From an uncultured archaeon (GTDB taxonomy: Archaea; Asgardarchaeota; Lokiarchaeia; Sigyniarchaeales; SOKP01): a stretch of 59,218 nucleotides of DNA. Within the stretch, counting starts at the first letter, position 1. Each line of letters begins with the position of its first letter. The stretch is taken from NCBI GenBank assembly GCA_964583985.1, contig CAZOYD010000017.1, forward strand, positions 1 to 59,218, read 5' to 3'. The notes beneath the pieces were generated by a model. It was not told the DNA's origin. It ran no database searches and worked only from the letters and a program-made list of their open reading frames with translations. Below are positions 51,041 through 59,218 of the stretch, piece by piece. The position numbers were made by a program, and so were the translations under genes.

Positions 51041-51880
51041 ATGGAATCATTATTAGGATTTTTAATGATCTTTGTCATTGGATGTTTAAGTTTAAGTGGA
51101 TTATTCTTGATTTCCTTGAAGGAAAAAACACTTGATAACATACTTTTTATCCTTGTAGCATTTGCGACGGGTTCAATTCTTGCTACGGCATTGTTTGATC
51201 TAATACCAGAATCCTTGCACCATCTTGAAGAACTTAATGCTGGTGGTGCTGGAATTACTAAAGAGTTCTTATTTATTAATGTTATTTTTGGATTCGTGAT
51301 TTTTTTCATATTAGAACGATTTATTTATTGGTTCCATGGGCACGCACATGAACATGAAAATAAATTAGTGTGTTATGATGAATTAAATGAAAGTTCAAGT
51401 AAGATCTTGGAGAAAGGGGGAAAAATTAAGAGTTTTGCACTCCTTAATTTAATTGGAGATGGTCTACATAATTTCTTAGATGGAATAATCATCATGGTTG
51501 CTTTTCTAAGTGATCCTGCAACGGGTGTTATAATCACGCTTGCTGTAGCATTTCACGAAATCCCCCAAGAAATTGGTGATTTCGGGATACTCATTTATGG
51601 TGGCTTTACAAAAAAGAAAGCTCTCATTTTCAACTTCCTCAGTGGCATGATTGCCCTAATTGGGGGAATAATTGCCCTAATTTTTTCTAATACTGTCGCT
51701 TTGTTCAACTTGTTCTTTTTGGCATTTAGTGGAGGAGGTTTTCTATACATAGCTAGTACTGAATTAATGCCAGAACTTATTAAGGAGAAAAATTTAAAGA
51801 AATCCATCATTCAAGTACTTATTTTCATTTGTGGCCTACTCCTAATCATAGTGTTAGTCACTCTTATGCCTCATGAATAA
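51041..51880 (+). CDS. ZIP family zinc/metal transporter
   Basis: LIPES, HGHAHEH loop, GDGLHNFLDG, HEIPQEIGDF, GGFLYIA. Confidence 0.93.
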   Translation: MESLLGFLMIFVIGCLSLSGLFLISLKEKTLDNILFILVAFATGSILATALFDLIPESLHHLEELNAGGAGITKEFLFINVIFGFVIFFILERFIYWFHGHAHEHENKLVCYDELNESSSKILEKGGKIKSFALLNLIGDGLHNFLDGIIIMVAFLSDPATGVIITLAVAFHEIPQEIGDFGILIYGGFTKKKALIFNFLSGMIALIGGIIALIFSNTVALFNLFFLAFSGGGFLYIASTELMPELIKEKNLKKSIIQVLIFICGLLLIIVLVTLMPHE

Positions 51881-51945
51881 GTAAGGTGACCATTATTTTT
51901 GTAGCTTAAATTCATTAATGAAAGTTGGATATAATATAATAGAGA

Positions 51946-52626
51946 GTGAAAATTATGACCGAGAAATATTTCTACTTTATAAAAGCTTTACCCTTGGAAG
52001 AAGTTTATGAACAAACATTAACATTTTGGCAAAATAATAAAGGAACCATTGTAGAAGAAAGGTTATCACCCGATAATTTAGTAAAGACATTAAAAATTCG
52101 CCGAGAAATGACATTGACATCAAATGGCGAGGATTACGTTCTTGATTTTTCCTATAACCATGGGGATTCTAAAACTTATATCAGAATTGAAGTTTCACTT
52201 GTACAAGGTTATGGAATTCAATGGTTAACGCCGAAAAAAATAATAAATAAATGGATTAGTGAATTGAAAATTACTCCTACTTATCTGGTTGGGAGGACGA
52301 ATGAAGAATTTTTTGATTTTGACAAAATTCCAGCAGCAAAACCACAAAAAATGGAAGAATTTAAACCTAAAATGTCACTCATAACTGATTCTTATCTATT
52401 AACATCCCCTCAACCTAAACCAGCGCCCCGGGTAGATAAAAATACCATCTCTCAACCTTCTGTAATGATCAAACCACCTGAATCATCAACCATGACTTCA
52501 AAAACGGTTCAAAAAAAAGAATCTGATCGATCTGATGAATTTGCTATGAAATTTTGCACCTTTTGCGGTACTCCCGGAAAAAAATCATTTCATTTTTGTG
52601 AAAATTGTGGAAGAAGGTTTGAATGA
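51946..52626 (+). CDS. Hypothetical protein with Pro-rich linker and C-terminal zinc ribbon
   Basis: FCTFCG...FCENCG at the C-terminus. Confidence 0.7.
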   Translation: MKIMTEKYFYFIKALPLEEVYEQTLTFWQNNKGTIVEERLSPDNLVKTLKIRREMTLTSNGEDYVLDFSYNHGDSKTYIRIEVSLVQGYGIQWLTPKKIINKWISELKITPTYLVGRTNEEFFDFDKIPAAKPQKMEEFKPKMSLITDSYLLTSPQPKPAPRVDKNTISQPSVMIKPPESSTMTSKTVQKKESDRSDEFAMKFCTFCGTPGKKSFHFCENCGRRFE

Positions 52627-52797
52627 GGGATAAGAGACTCCTCATAATCTTCAACATGGGATTCAAAAGCGAAGTTTTCTCCTTTTACCTTATTTATTTG
52701 AGGTTAAAATGAAATTAGTATTAAAAAGCTATACCAATTTATCTGAGATGGTACTAAAAGTCCCCTAAGTATATTAAAAAAAGTGATTTACATTGAA

Positions 52798-54555
52798 TTA
52801 TATAGGAATTAGAAGTTCTTCTTCTTTTCTCTCAGTTATTCTTTTCTTAAATTTCCGGTATAATTTTGAAAATTTTATCGGTTTTTCTTCATAATCAAGT
52901 TCGACTAAGGCCTGTTCTTGATATACCCTAACAATCTCGGTCGAAAGCTCTTGCCAATCCTTACAGATATTTAATGTTATTTCATCACTTCTTAAAAGAG
53001 TATCATGAGAAATAATCCTTGCAAACTTTTTTGCTAAAGGTTCTATTATACTTTTTTCAGCTCCCTCAAGCATGTCTTTGATAAAATCTTCCGCAGAATA
53101 CCATTCAGCGACTCTTTGTAGATCACGGTGAATTTGAGCCAGTAAGACATTTCTAGGACCTTCCCAAAGCTCCATTATCATGGAATCTCGATGTAATCGT
53201 GGTAATGCTATGAAATCCTCCATTATTCCATGACCCCCAAAGAAAGATATTGCCAATCGTATCAAAGCAGGAGCTTCATCAGCAACAGCAATCTTGCATA
53301 GCATTATAAGCTCACGTAATCTGAATCGTCGTTTTCTCTCCTCCATATCATCTAATTGTTGTAACTCCCTTATCCCACTAATTAAATTCTCGTTAAAATG
53401 AATAAATTCTGAATACAGTTTAAACGCACCTGCAGTTGTTCTCATGACCGCATGCTTTAAATCATTAATCTGATTCATCATTAATGGAAAAGAGGCAATG
53501 GGAACACCAAAAGCAGTTCTAAATTGAGCATATAATATTGCTTCCCTCGCAGCACGAAGTCCTCCTGCTGCCATGCCAAAAGAAATATGAAGTCTCGATA
53601 GAGAAAGTACAACTCCAACAACATCTGCTAATCCTTTCTCATAAGGTCCTACAGGATATGCGACAGTACCATTGTACGTTATTTCTGCTGTGGGGAGTTC
53701 AGCAGTACCTAGCTTCTGTTTGAGTCGATCAATAGTATATGAATTTCTAATTTCTTTTTCTTTATTTCCGGGGAGCCAAGCTGGAACAGCAAATGCTGCA
53801 ACTTTCGTAGATGATGGGATATTCTTAGGTTTTGCTGTGACGATGGCATAATCGGCTTGCATTGCAGAGCAGAAAAATTTTTGGCCGTACAAACGCCAAC
53901 AATTTGAAATTCCATCGAGACCTCCTGCCTCTTCATAAACAGCTTCTACTAAATTAGCTGGGACATCACTCCCTCCTTGAATTTCACTAATAAATTGAGA
54001 ACCTAAACTATAATCTCCATTGATGCCATCTCGAACGGCTGTTAGACACGATTTTGCTTCTGAACTTAATTCATCTTCATACTTTTGCATTAACCAGACC
54101 ATTCCATGAGTGCAAGCAACAGGACACATGACGCCAACCTCTCCCAACTCATATAGGAGAAACATCTTAGCAAATCTACTCCATGCGGTATTTCTTTTAG
54201 GATCGAATAAACCCAAGTTAAATATCTCTTTTTCAAGATGTTCGGTCTCAGCTGCTCTTTTAATTCTATCTATTCGATGATTATAAGCATCATAGTGTTG
54301 TATGATTGTACACCTCACTCGATTCTCAAGTCGAGTTGCTTCATCCGCTAAATCTCTCCAACGGTAAGAAACTTTATCCGACAATTCTTTAAGTTCAGCG
54401 TCAATTTTATCGAATTCTGAACCCGCATATTTTTTAAGTAATGCGTGAAAAAACTCATCATCTCTGTAGAAATTAAATTGACTTTTAACGAATAAATAAT
54501 CATCAAAAGAATATGGATTGTTCCTATCTCCTTCGGTATATTCTTGTGCACACAT
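52798..54555 (-). CDS. Acyl-CoA dehydrogenase, AidB-like
   Basis: CPVACT, QFISEIQGGSDV, LYGQKFFCSA, RLKQKLGT, RTAFG, GGHGIMED, WEGPRNV. Confidence 0.9.
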   Translation of the reverse strand: MCAQEYTEGDRNNPYSFDDYLFVKSQFNFYRDDEFFHALLKKYAGSEFDKIDAELKELSDKVSYRWRDLADEATRLENRVRCTIIQHYDAYNHRIDRIKRAAETEHLEKEIFNLGLFDPKRNTAWSRFAKMFLLYELGEVGVMCPVACTHGMVWLMQKYEDELSSEAKSCLTAVRDGINGDYSLGSQFISEIQGGSDVPANLVEAVYEEAGGLDGISNCWRLYGQKFFCSAMQADYAIVTAKPKNIPSSTKVAAFAVPAWLPGNKEKEIRNSYTIDRLKQKLGTAELPTAEITYNGTVAYPVGPYEKGLADVVGVVLSLSRLHISFGMAAGGLRAAREAILYAQFRTAFGVPIASFPLMMNQINDLKHAVMRTTAGAFKLYSEFIHFNENLISGIRELQQLDDMEERKRRFRLRELIMLCKIAVADEAPALIRLAISFFGGHGIMEDFIALPRLHRDSMIMELWEGPRNVLLAQIHRDLQRVAEWYSAEDFIKDMLEGAEKSIIEPLAKKFARIISHDTLLRSDEITLNICKDWQELSTEIVRVYQEQALVELDYEEKPIKFSKLYRKFKKRITERKEEELLIPI

Positions 54556-54789
54556 GCTTCTTTCACTACTCTTGTTTATATTATCTGAAAAAAAATAAGA
54601 AAATCTCTTTATTTAATATTCAAGAAGAACTAGTTTATATTTTTATATGAGAAAATAACACAGAATAAAAGAAATATTCCAGTAAATAAAGCCTTTATGT
54701 ACTGAATATGGTCATGTTATAAAAAGTATTAACTTAGAAAAGTGAAGAATAAAATCAATATAAAAAAGAAAATCATTTAAGATTTAAAT

Positions 54790-55698
54790 TTAGATAACAA
54801 CCACGGAATCAATAATCATTGATAAGATATAAATCAATAACGTTGCATGTAATAAAGGTAATGCCTTCAAACAGGATTTTGAATTCTTACACCTTATAAT
54901 AATTACGTTCGCGACTATTATTAATACCCATGCTATAGAAAATCCGATCAAGGCAAGTATTCCCATGTCTAATAACACAAATATCGCGGAAGTAATAAGA
55001 TGCATAACGGAAAAAATGGCAATCCATAGTTTATTACCCTTTATCCCGTATAATCCCGCTATAGTGTTCAAACCCTTAACTTTATCATTTTCTATATCAA
55101 CAATATCATTCGCACCAAGATGAACAAGCGCCCAAGGATATAGAAATAATATGTATAAAATTACCGTAAAATCAAATTGACCAACAATTAAATATCCTGC
55201 GATTGGAAACATGACAAGATCGGTTCTTCCTAATAATTGTGCAAATGGAAATCTTTGCTTTTTTTTCACGAGTTGATAAAAAACTTCCATTGAATAAGCA
55301 TATATCATTATGATATACACGTATATGAGATGTGGAAAGGGTAAAAGTGCGATCAAAATTGCCGTGATTATAACAAAAGCAAGGAAGACTAATATTGCTT
55401 GTTTTAGCGAGATTAATCCCGATGGAATCGGACGCTCATTAAACGGTCGCCAATAATTGGTTAAAATGTTGTCAGTATCTTTTTTATCCACATTATGATC
55501 AACAATATCATTTAATACCATTCCCGCTTCGAATCCAAATAGACCGATGAAGATTGCTAAAATTAGTAGTTGCCCCGAAAAGAAACCTTCATTCCTAAAC
55601 GCAAGCATGAGTCCCGAAACAAATAACAATGGCCATACGGGAGCAAAATGAGCTCTGGTTAAGTCAATATATGCTTTTATTTTCTCTTTAATTATCAT
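54790..55698 (-). CDS. UbiA-family prenyltransferase
   Basis: NDIVDHNVD, RPIPSG, NDIVDIEND..G..T; multiple TM helices. Confidence 0.9.
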   Translation of the reverse strand: MIIKEKIKAYIDLTRAHFAPVWPLLFVSGLMLAFRNEGFFSGQLLILAIFIGLFGFEAGMVLNDIVDHNVDKKDTDNILTNYWRPFNERPIPSGLISLKQAILVFLAFVIITAILIALLPFPHLIYVYIIMIYAYSMEVFYQLVKKKQRFPFAQLLGRTDLVMFPIAGYLIVGQFDFTVILYILFLYPWALVHLGANDIVDIENDKVKGLNTIAGLYGIKGNKLWIAIFSVMHLITSAIFVLLDMGILALIGFSIAWVLIIVANVIIIRCKNSKSCLKALPLLHATLLIYILSMIIDSVVVI

Positions 55699-55823
55699 AA
55701 TTATTAATTTTCACTATTAAAATTAAAGTATAAATAATTTCTCCGTTTATAAAGTAAATGGAGACCAATCATGCAGATAAGGAATTCTGAATAATTATCC
55801 ATATAATGTATCTCTCTATCGAG

Positions 55824-56630
55824 TTATTTCTTAACTGTTTCCATTAAAACCTTAATACTAATTTCTGGATGATGATATCTTTGAGTTTTTAAAGTTAGGG
55901 ATCCAAATTGTATCGCTTTTTCAGGACAATAATTAATACAAGCTAAACACTGCTGACATTTATGCTGCCATTCAGGTTTACCATCAACTAGAATAATGTT
56001 TTTAACTGGACAGATTTTTTCACAAATTCCGCAACTATTACAATTTTCATCAGTATAGAAATTTTTATCATTCTGATTGACACTTTCATGAAATTCTTGA
56101 TTAAATTTTGCTTTTCGATTTCTCTTATTTTCATTAGAGTCAATCCTAATACTATCAACTTGTCGTATTATAATTTTGACAATTTCTTCAATTTTTTTAT
56201 CTGCAATCTCAAAGAGTTCCGACTCTTTCTCTTTCGGATCAACATCATACCCAATAATATAGTTATTAGGCATTCTTATAAAAAATCCTGCATTTAATTT
56301 CTTTGATTTTTTAACCAGGATCTCCTCAATTTGAAATAGTGGTAAATCAGTTATATCTCCTGCACTTGTAACAATGGTGAAAAAGTACTCAGAATTACTA
56401 AAATCCATTTTATTTATGAAATCTTTTACTATCTTGGGCAATCCCGCATAATATAATGGAAAAACAAATCCAATTTTTTCACTATTAGATTTAATACTTT
56501 CCTCTTCCCAAATGCTTGCGATCGACACCAATTCACATTCCTTAAGTTTATCACATAAGAGTTGGGCAATTTTTAAGGAATTACCGGTCCCAGTAAAGTA
56601 ATATATTGTCGTGTTCATTTTCAAAACCAT
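55824..56630 (-). CDS. EFR1-family flavodoxin-ferredoxin fusion
   Basis: YYFTGTGNS, FVFPLY, MPNNY, CNSCGICEKICP, CQQCLACINYCP. Confidence 0.92.
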   Translation of the reverse strand: MVLKMNTTIYYFTGTGNSLKIAQLLCDKLKECELVSIASIWEEESIKSNSEKIGFVFPLYYAGLPKIVKDFINKMDFSNSEYFFTIVTSAGDITDLPLFQIEEILVKKSKKLNAGFFIRMPNNYIIGYDVDPKEKESELFEIADKKIEEIVKIIIRQVDSIRIDSNENKRNRKAKFNQEFHESVNQNDKNFYTDENCNSCGICEKICPVKNIILVDGKPEWQHKCQQCLACINYCPEKAIQFGSLTLKTQRYHHPEISIKVLMETVKK

Positions 56631-56638
56631 TTACAGTT

Positions 56639-57472
56639 TTAGGTATTAATTGAGTTTTTTGAAAGTCTTTTTACTCCATAGATTATACATGCTATTACCA
56701 CGATGAGGAGATTAATGATGAAAATTATCCATCTTCCTAAGTCAGTCACCCAGTAGGGAAAAATCATTGATGAGAAGTTTCCCATTGCGTGGAACATGAT
56801 CGCTAAAAACACGTTGATGTTTCCACCTTTATCTCTATTATTATTAAGTATCCATGTATAGAGGATGGACAGAACCATTTGCAATAATACAAACTCATAA
56901 ATTGGCATGTTTGACTGACTTTGCACACTTCCACTGATAAAGAATAACGGTAAATGCCAGAGTCCCCAAATCAACCCTAAAATTAGACTTGAATATAAAG
57001 CGTTATATCTTGACTGCAGGCGATCTAGAGCATATCCTCTCCACCCATATTCTTCTGTAAATGGACCTCCAATAAAGTAGAATAGAATGAAGTTTGGGAC
57101 CCACATGATTAATGGAGTGGCATACTGGAATCTATTCATGGGTTCAAAAATGCTCACAATAAACAACGCTATTCCTGAAGTAAAAATTGGTATAAATAAC
57201 GTAATAATCCAAATCTTCTTAAATTTAAAATTCCATCCACTTAAAAATAATCGCTTTACTTCTCCTTTTTCTCCTTTAATGGAACTTAACAGAAATGCAG
57301 CAATAAAGGGTCCAAAAATGGCAAGATTTCCCAGAATTTGTATTGGTCCCGGAGCAATTAATCCAGCCGAGACTAAAACGCTAGGTAACCATAGAAGCCA
57401 TGATATCAAAAATGATACAATAAAAAAAACTAATAAATTCTTCTTTTCTTCCTCAAAAATCATGAGAGTCAC
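56639..57472 (-). CDS. CPBP (type II CAAX/Abi) intramembrane metalloprotease
   Basis: EEYGWRGY, WGLWHLP, AIMFHAMGN. Confidence 0.92.
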   Translation of the reverse strand: MTLMIFEEEKKNLLVFFIVSFLISWLLWLPSVLVSAGLIAPGPIQILGNLAIFGPFIAAFLLSSIKGEKGEVKRLFLSGWNFKFKKIWIITLFIPIFTSGIALFIVSIFEPMNRFQYATPLIMWVPNFILFYFIGGPFTEEYGWRGYALDRLQSRYNALYSSLILGLIWGLWHLPLFFISGSVQSQSNMPIYEFVLLQMVLSILYTWILNNNRDKGGNINVFLAIMFHAMGNFSSMIFPYWVTDLGRWIIFIINLLIVVIACIIYGVKRLSKNSINT

Positions 57473-57496
57473 TCGGCTAAATAATATTTGGTAGAA

Positions 57497-58366
57497 TTAA
57501 AATTTTTCAAATAAGTTTACAGTGCGCTTGTATTGCATTATAAAATCATTAATTTTAGCTGCTAAACTTCTAACATTATTAGTTGTTATAATAAACCCTT
57601 TTTTATTGCCTAAATCATAGTATCCTAAATTTTTCTTAACTAAATCAATCTGATTTAAATCAACCCAATCAATGCTCGTATCTTTAATTGGGATAATTCC
57701 AAGATGATGCGTTAGTGCTAAGCTTAAGTTTTCAATGAAATAGGCTTCCTCTCTTGATTTTTTTGTGCAAAAAAGCAATAAAACATGTGAATCAACCAAT
57801 TTTTCAGTATCATCATGATATATTTCAAGAATTTCTTTATTACTTTTTAAAAGATTAATTAATTCTTCTATTCTATAAACTTGTCCAAATGCTGAAGGAA
57901 ATGCTGCATAGAGGATTAATGGTGCATTTCCTCTACAATATTCTAAAACTGAATTGACATCATAATTTTGAATTAATGCCCATTCATCTATCCAGTTATT
58001 ATTCTCAAGGTGTAAGATTTTCAAATTCCTTAATTTCCAAAAATTATTCGGAAGGCGTTCTAATCTGTTATGGCTCAGATCCAAACTTGTTAATGAATTA
58101 AGATCCCCTACCGATTCGGGAATTTTCACGATCCTATTGTTCTTTAATGTCAAGATTGTCAATGTTTTTATTGTAGAAATTGAATCCGGAAAGACATCCA
58201 AATCACATTTTGCCAAGCCTAATCCAATAATTTTTTTTGCCTTAATTTGAATTCCAAATGAATCTTCATTGATTTCATTCAAAATTGGAATAGTTTTCCC
58301 AATAGATAATTCCAACTTCTTTAAATAGTCTGGTTCATCTAAAATTAAGGTATCTTGGTCAGTCAT
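57497..58366 (-). CDS. Leucine-rich repeat protein with C-terminal TIR-like domain (start probably ATG 58366)
   Basis: LRRs LTILTLKNNRIVKIPESV, LTSLDLSHNRLERLP, LKILHLENN; the C-terminus ILYAAF...SHVLLLFCTKKS...LSLA...IIPI follows the TIR beta/alpha pattern. Confidence 0.75.
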   Translation of the reverse strand: MTDQDTLILDEPDYLKKLELSIGKTIPILNEINEDSFGIQIKAKKIIGLGLAKCDLDVFPDSISTIKTLTILTLKNNRIVKIPESVGDLNSLTSLDLSHNRLERLPNNFWKLRNLKILHLENNNWIDEWALIQNYDVNSVLEYCRGNAPLILYAAFPSAFGQVYRIEELINLLKSNKEILEIYHDDTEKLVDSHVLLLFCTKKSREEAYFIENLSLALTHHLGIIPIKDTSIDWVDLNQIDLVKKNLGYYDLGNKKGFIITTNNVRSLAAKINDFIMQYKRTVNLFEKF

Positions 58367-58520
58367 TCGAATTAAAACCTTTAAAATAAATAAGATCAAA
58401 AATAAATTATAATTTATTATTATAGATCCTGATCTATTAGTCGTACTCATTTTTCAAATATTTTAAATAATATTGCTTTTTATCAAGCTTAAGTATAATT
58501 TAGATTAATTAAGTTATTAC

Positions 58521-59039
58521 ATGACTTTATTTGATAAACTCGATAAGCACGAGTTAAAGGAACTTCTTGTCAAATGTTGGATGACCCATGATGGCGCGTG
58601 GTTTTATAACGTGGTAAAAGAATATGGAATCGATGCGGCAAACAAGCTCAATAAAGGTGCTATAAAGAATTTATCCGTTTTGGAAATGCAAAGAATTCGA
58701 AAAGCATTAGGAATGGAGAAAACGAAAATAAATTCTTTCGAACAACTTAAAAAATTCATCGATGATGGTTTTAGTATATTGAAGGGAGATTTCATGAAGT
58801 TCCAATACACTTTTCCCGAAGAAAACCGAATGCATTGGGAAATGGATACGTGTTTCGCATTTGAAGGAATGAAAATGATTGGAGTAAAGCAAGGTTATGA
58901 ATGTGGCGTCGTTTTCCGAGTATGTTGCTGGTTAGACGCATTAGGAATTAAATATGAATTAAAACCTAAAATTACTAAGTGTTTGTTATATTCTCAAAAA
59001 AAATGTGTGGGAGATATAATAGTTAGATTTGATGGATAA
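58521..59039 (+). CDS. DUF6125/V4R-like small-ligand-binding protein
   Basis: WMTHDGAWF..V...GID.A..LN; C.AFEGM, YEC and C-terminal C..C. Confidence 0.7.
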   Translation: MTLFDKLDKHELKELLVKCWMTHDGAWFYNVVKEYGIDAANKLNKGAIKNLSVLEMQRIRKALGMEKTKINSFEQLKKFIDDGFSILKGDFMKFQYTFPEENRMHWEMDTCFAFEGMKMIGVKQGYECGVVFRVCCWLDALGIKYELKPKITKCLLYSQKKCVGDIIVRFDG

Positions 59040-59053
59040 AAGTTATAGCTAAC

Positions 59054-59218
59054 CTATTGATTTGTTCCCAAAGGATCTTCTAATTGTCCACGAATTTCAA
59101 ATTTTCCTGCCCATTTTAATGTAAATGCTTTTCTACTTTCATAGGTCCAATCTTGAATTATATTGACAGGGATCATGAAGAAAGTAATTGCAAATGGAAT
59201 TAAAGGCCACGTTATGGC
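59054..59218 (-). CDS. C-terminal end of a probable membrane protein (partial)
   Basis: Open frame from the window edge: AITWPLIPFAITFFMIPVNIIQDWTYESRKAF...GTNQ*. Confidence 0.55.
   Translation of the reverse strand, partial: AITWPLIPFAITFFMIPVNIIQDWTYESRKAFTLKWAGKFEIRGQLEDPLGTNQ

Noticed and set aside
17478-55698. Carotenoid/retinal biosynthesis cluster serving heliorhodopsin (CrtC-like, UbiA)
   Set aside because: No crtB, crtI, crtY or blh is seen, and the genes lie 15-20 kb from HeR in unrelated operons.
58367-58450. Hydrophobic N-terminal extension of the LRR-TIR ORF as a TM or signal peptide
   Set aside because: It derives from very AT-rich, promoter-like DNA between divergent genes; ATG 58366 is the more plausible start, although this is unverified.

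Overview
AT-rich, gene-dense archaeal chromosomal window. It is very probably from an Asgard archaeon of the Lokiarchaeia: it carries a gelsolin-domain protein, a Rab-like small GTPase, a longin-domain protein, an LRR-TIR-like protein, a SIR2-TPR protein and a heliorhodopsin. I find about 54 intact or partial CDSs, mostly catabolic and redox enzymes and transporters, plus two gene remnants absent from the ORF track (a PNPOx-like fragment and an internally deleted Asp/Glu racemase). I saw no rRNA, tRNA, CRISPR array or transposase. The most interesting candidates are: (1) a membrane histidine kinase, a stand-alone receiver and a receiver-Lrp/AsnC fusion next to gdhA, whose neighbouring intergenic regions carry CGAA-N5-TTCG-like sites spaced 30-31 bp apart, suggesting a phosphorelay-gated Lrp regulon in an archaeon; (2) a DpdA-type DNA guanine transglycosylase tail-to-tail with a DUF6884/YaaA-like gene, flanked by UvrD, NUDIX and a Mig-like glycosylase but without dpdB, suggesting a minimal 7-deazaguanine DNA-modification module; (3) immune-like SIR2-TPR and LRR-TIR proteins; (4) a GlcDEF-like + SCP2 + CrtC-like lipid operon containing a probable ATA start codon; (5) a heliorhodopsin/aldo-keto reductase pair. 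All family assignments come from motif recognition by eye; no searches were run.
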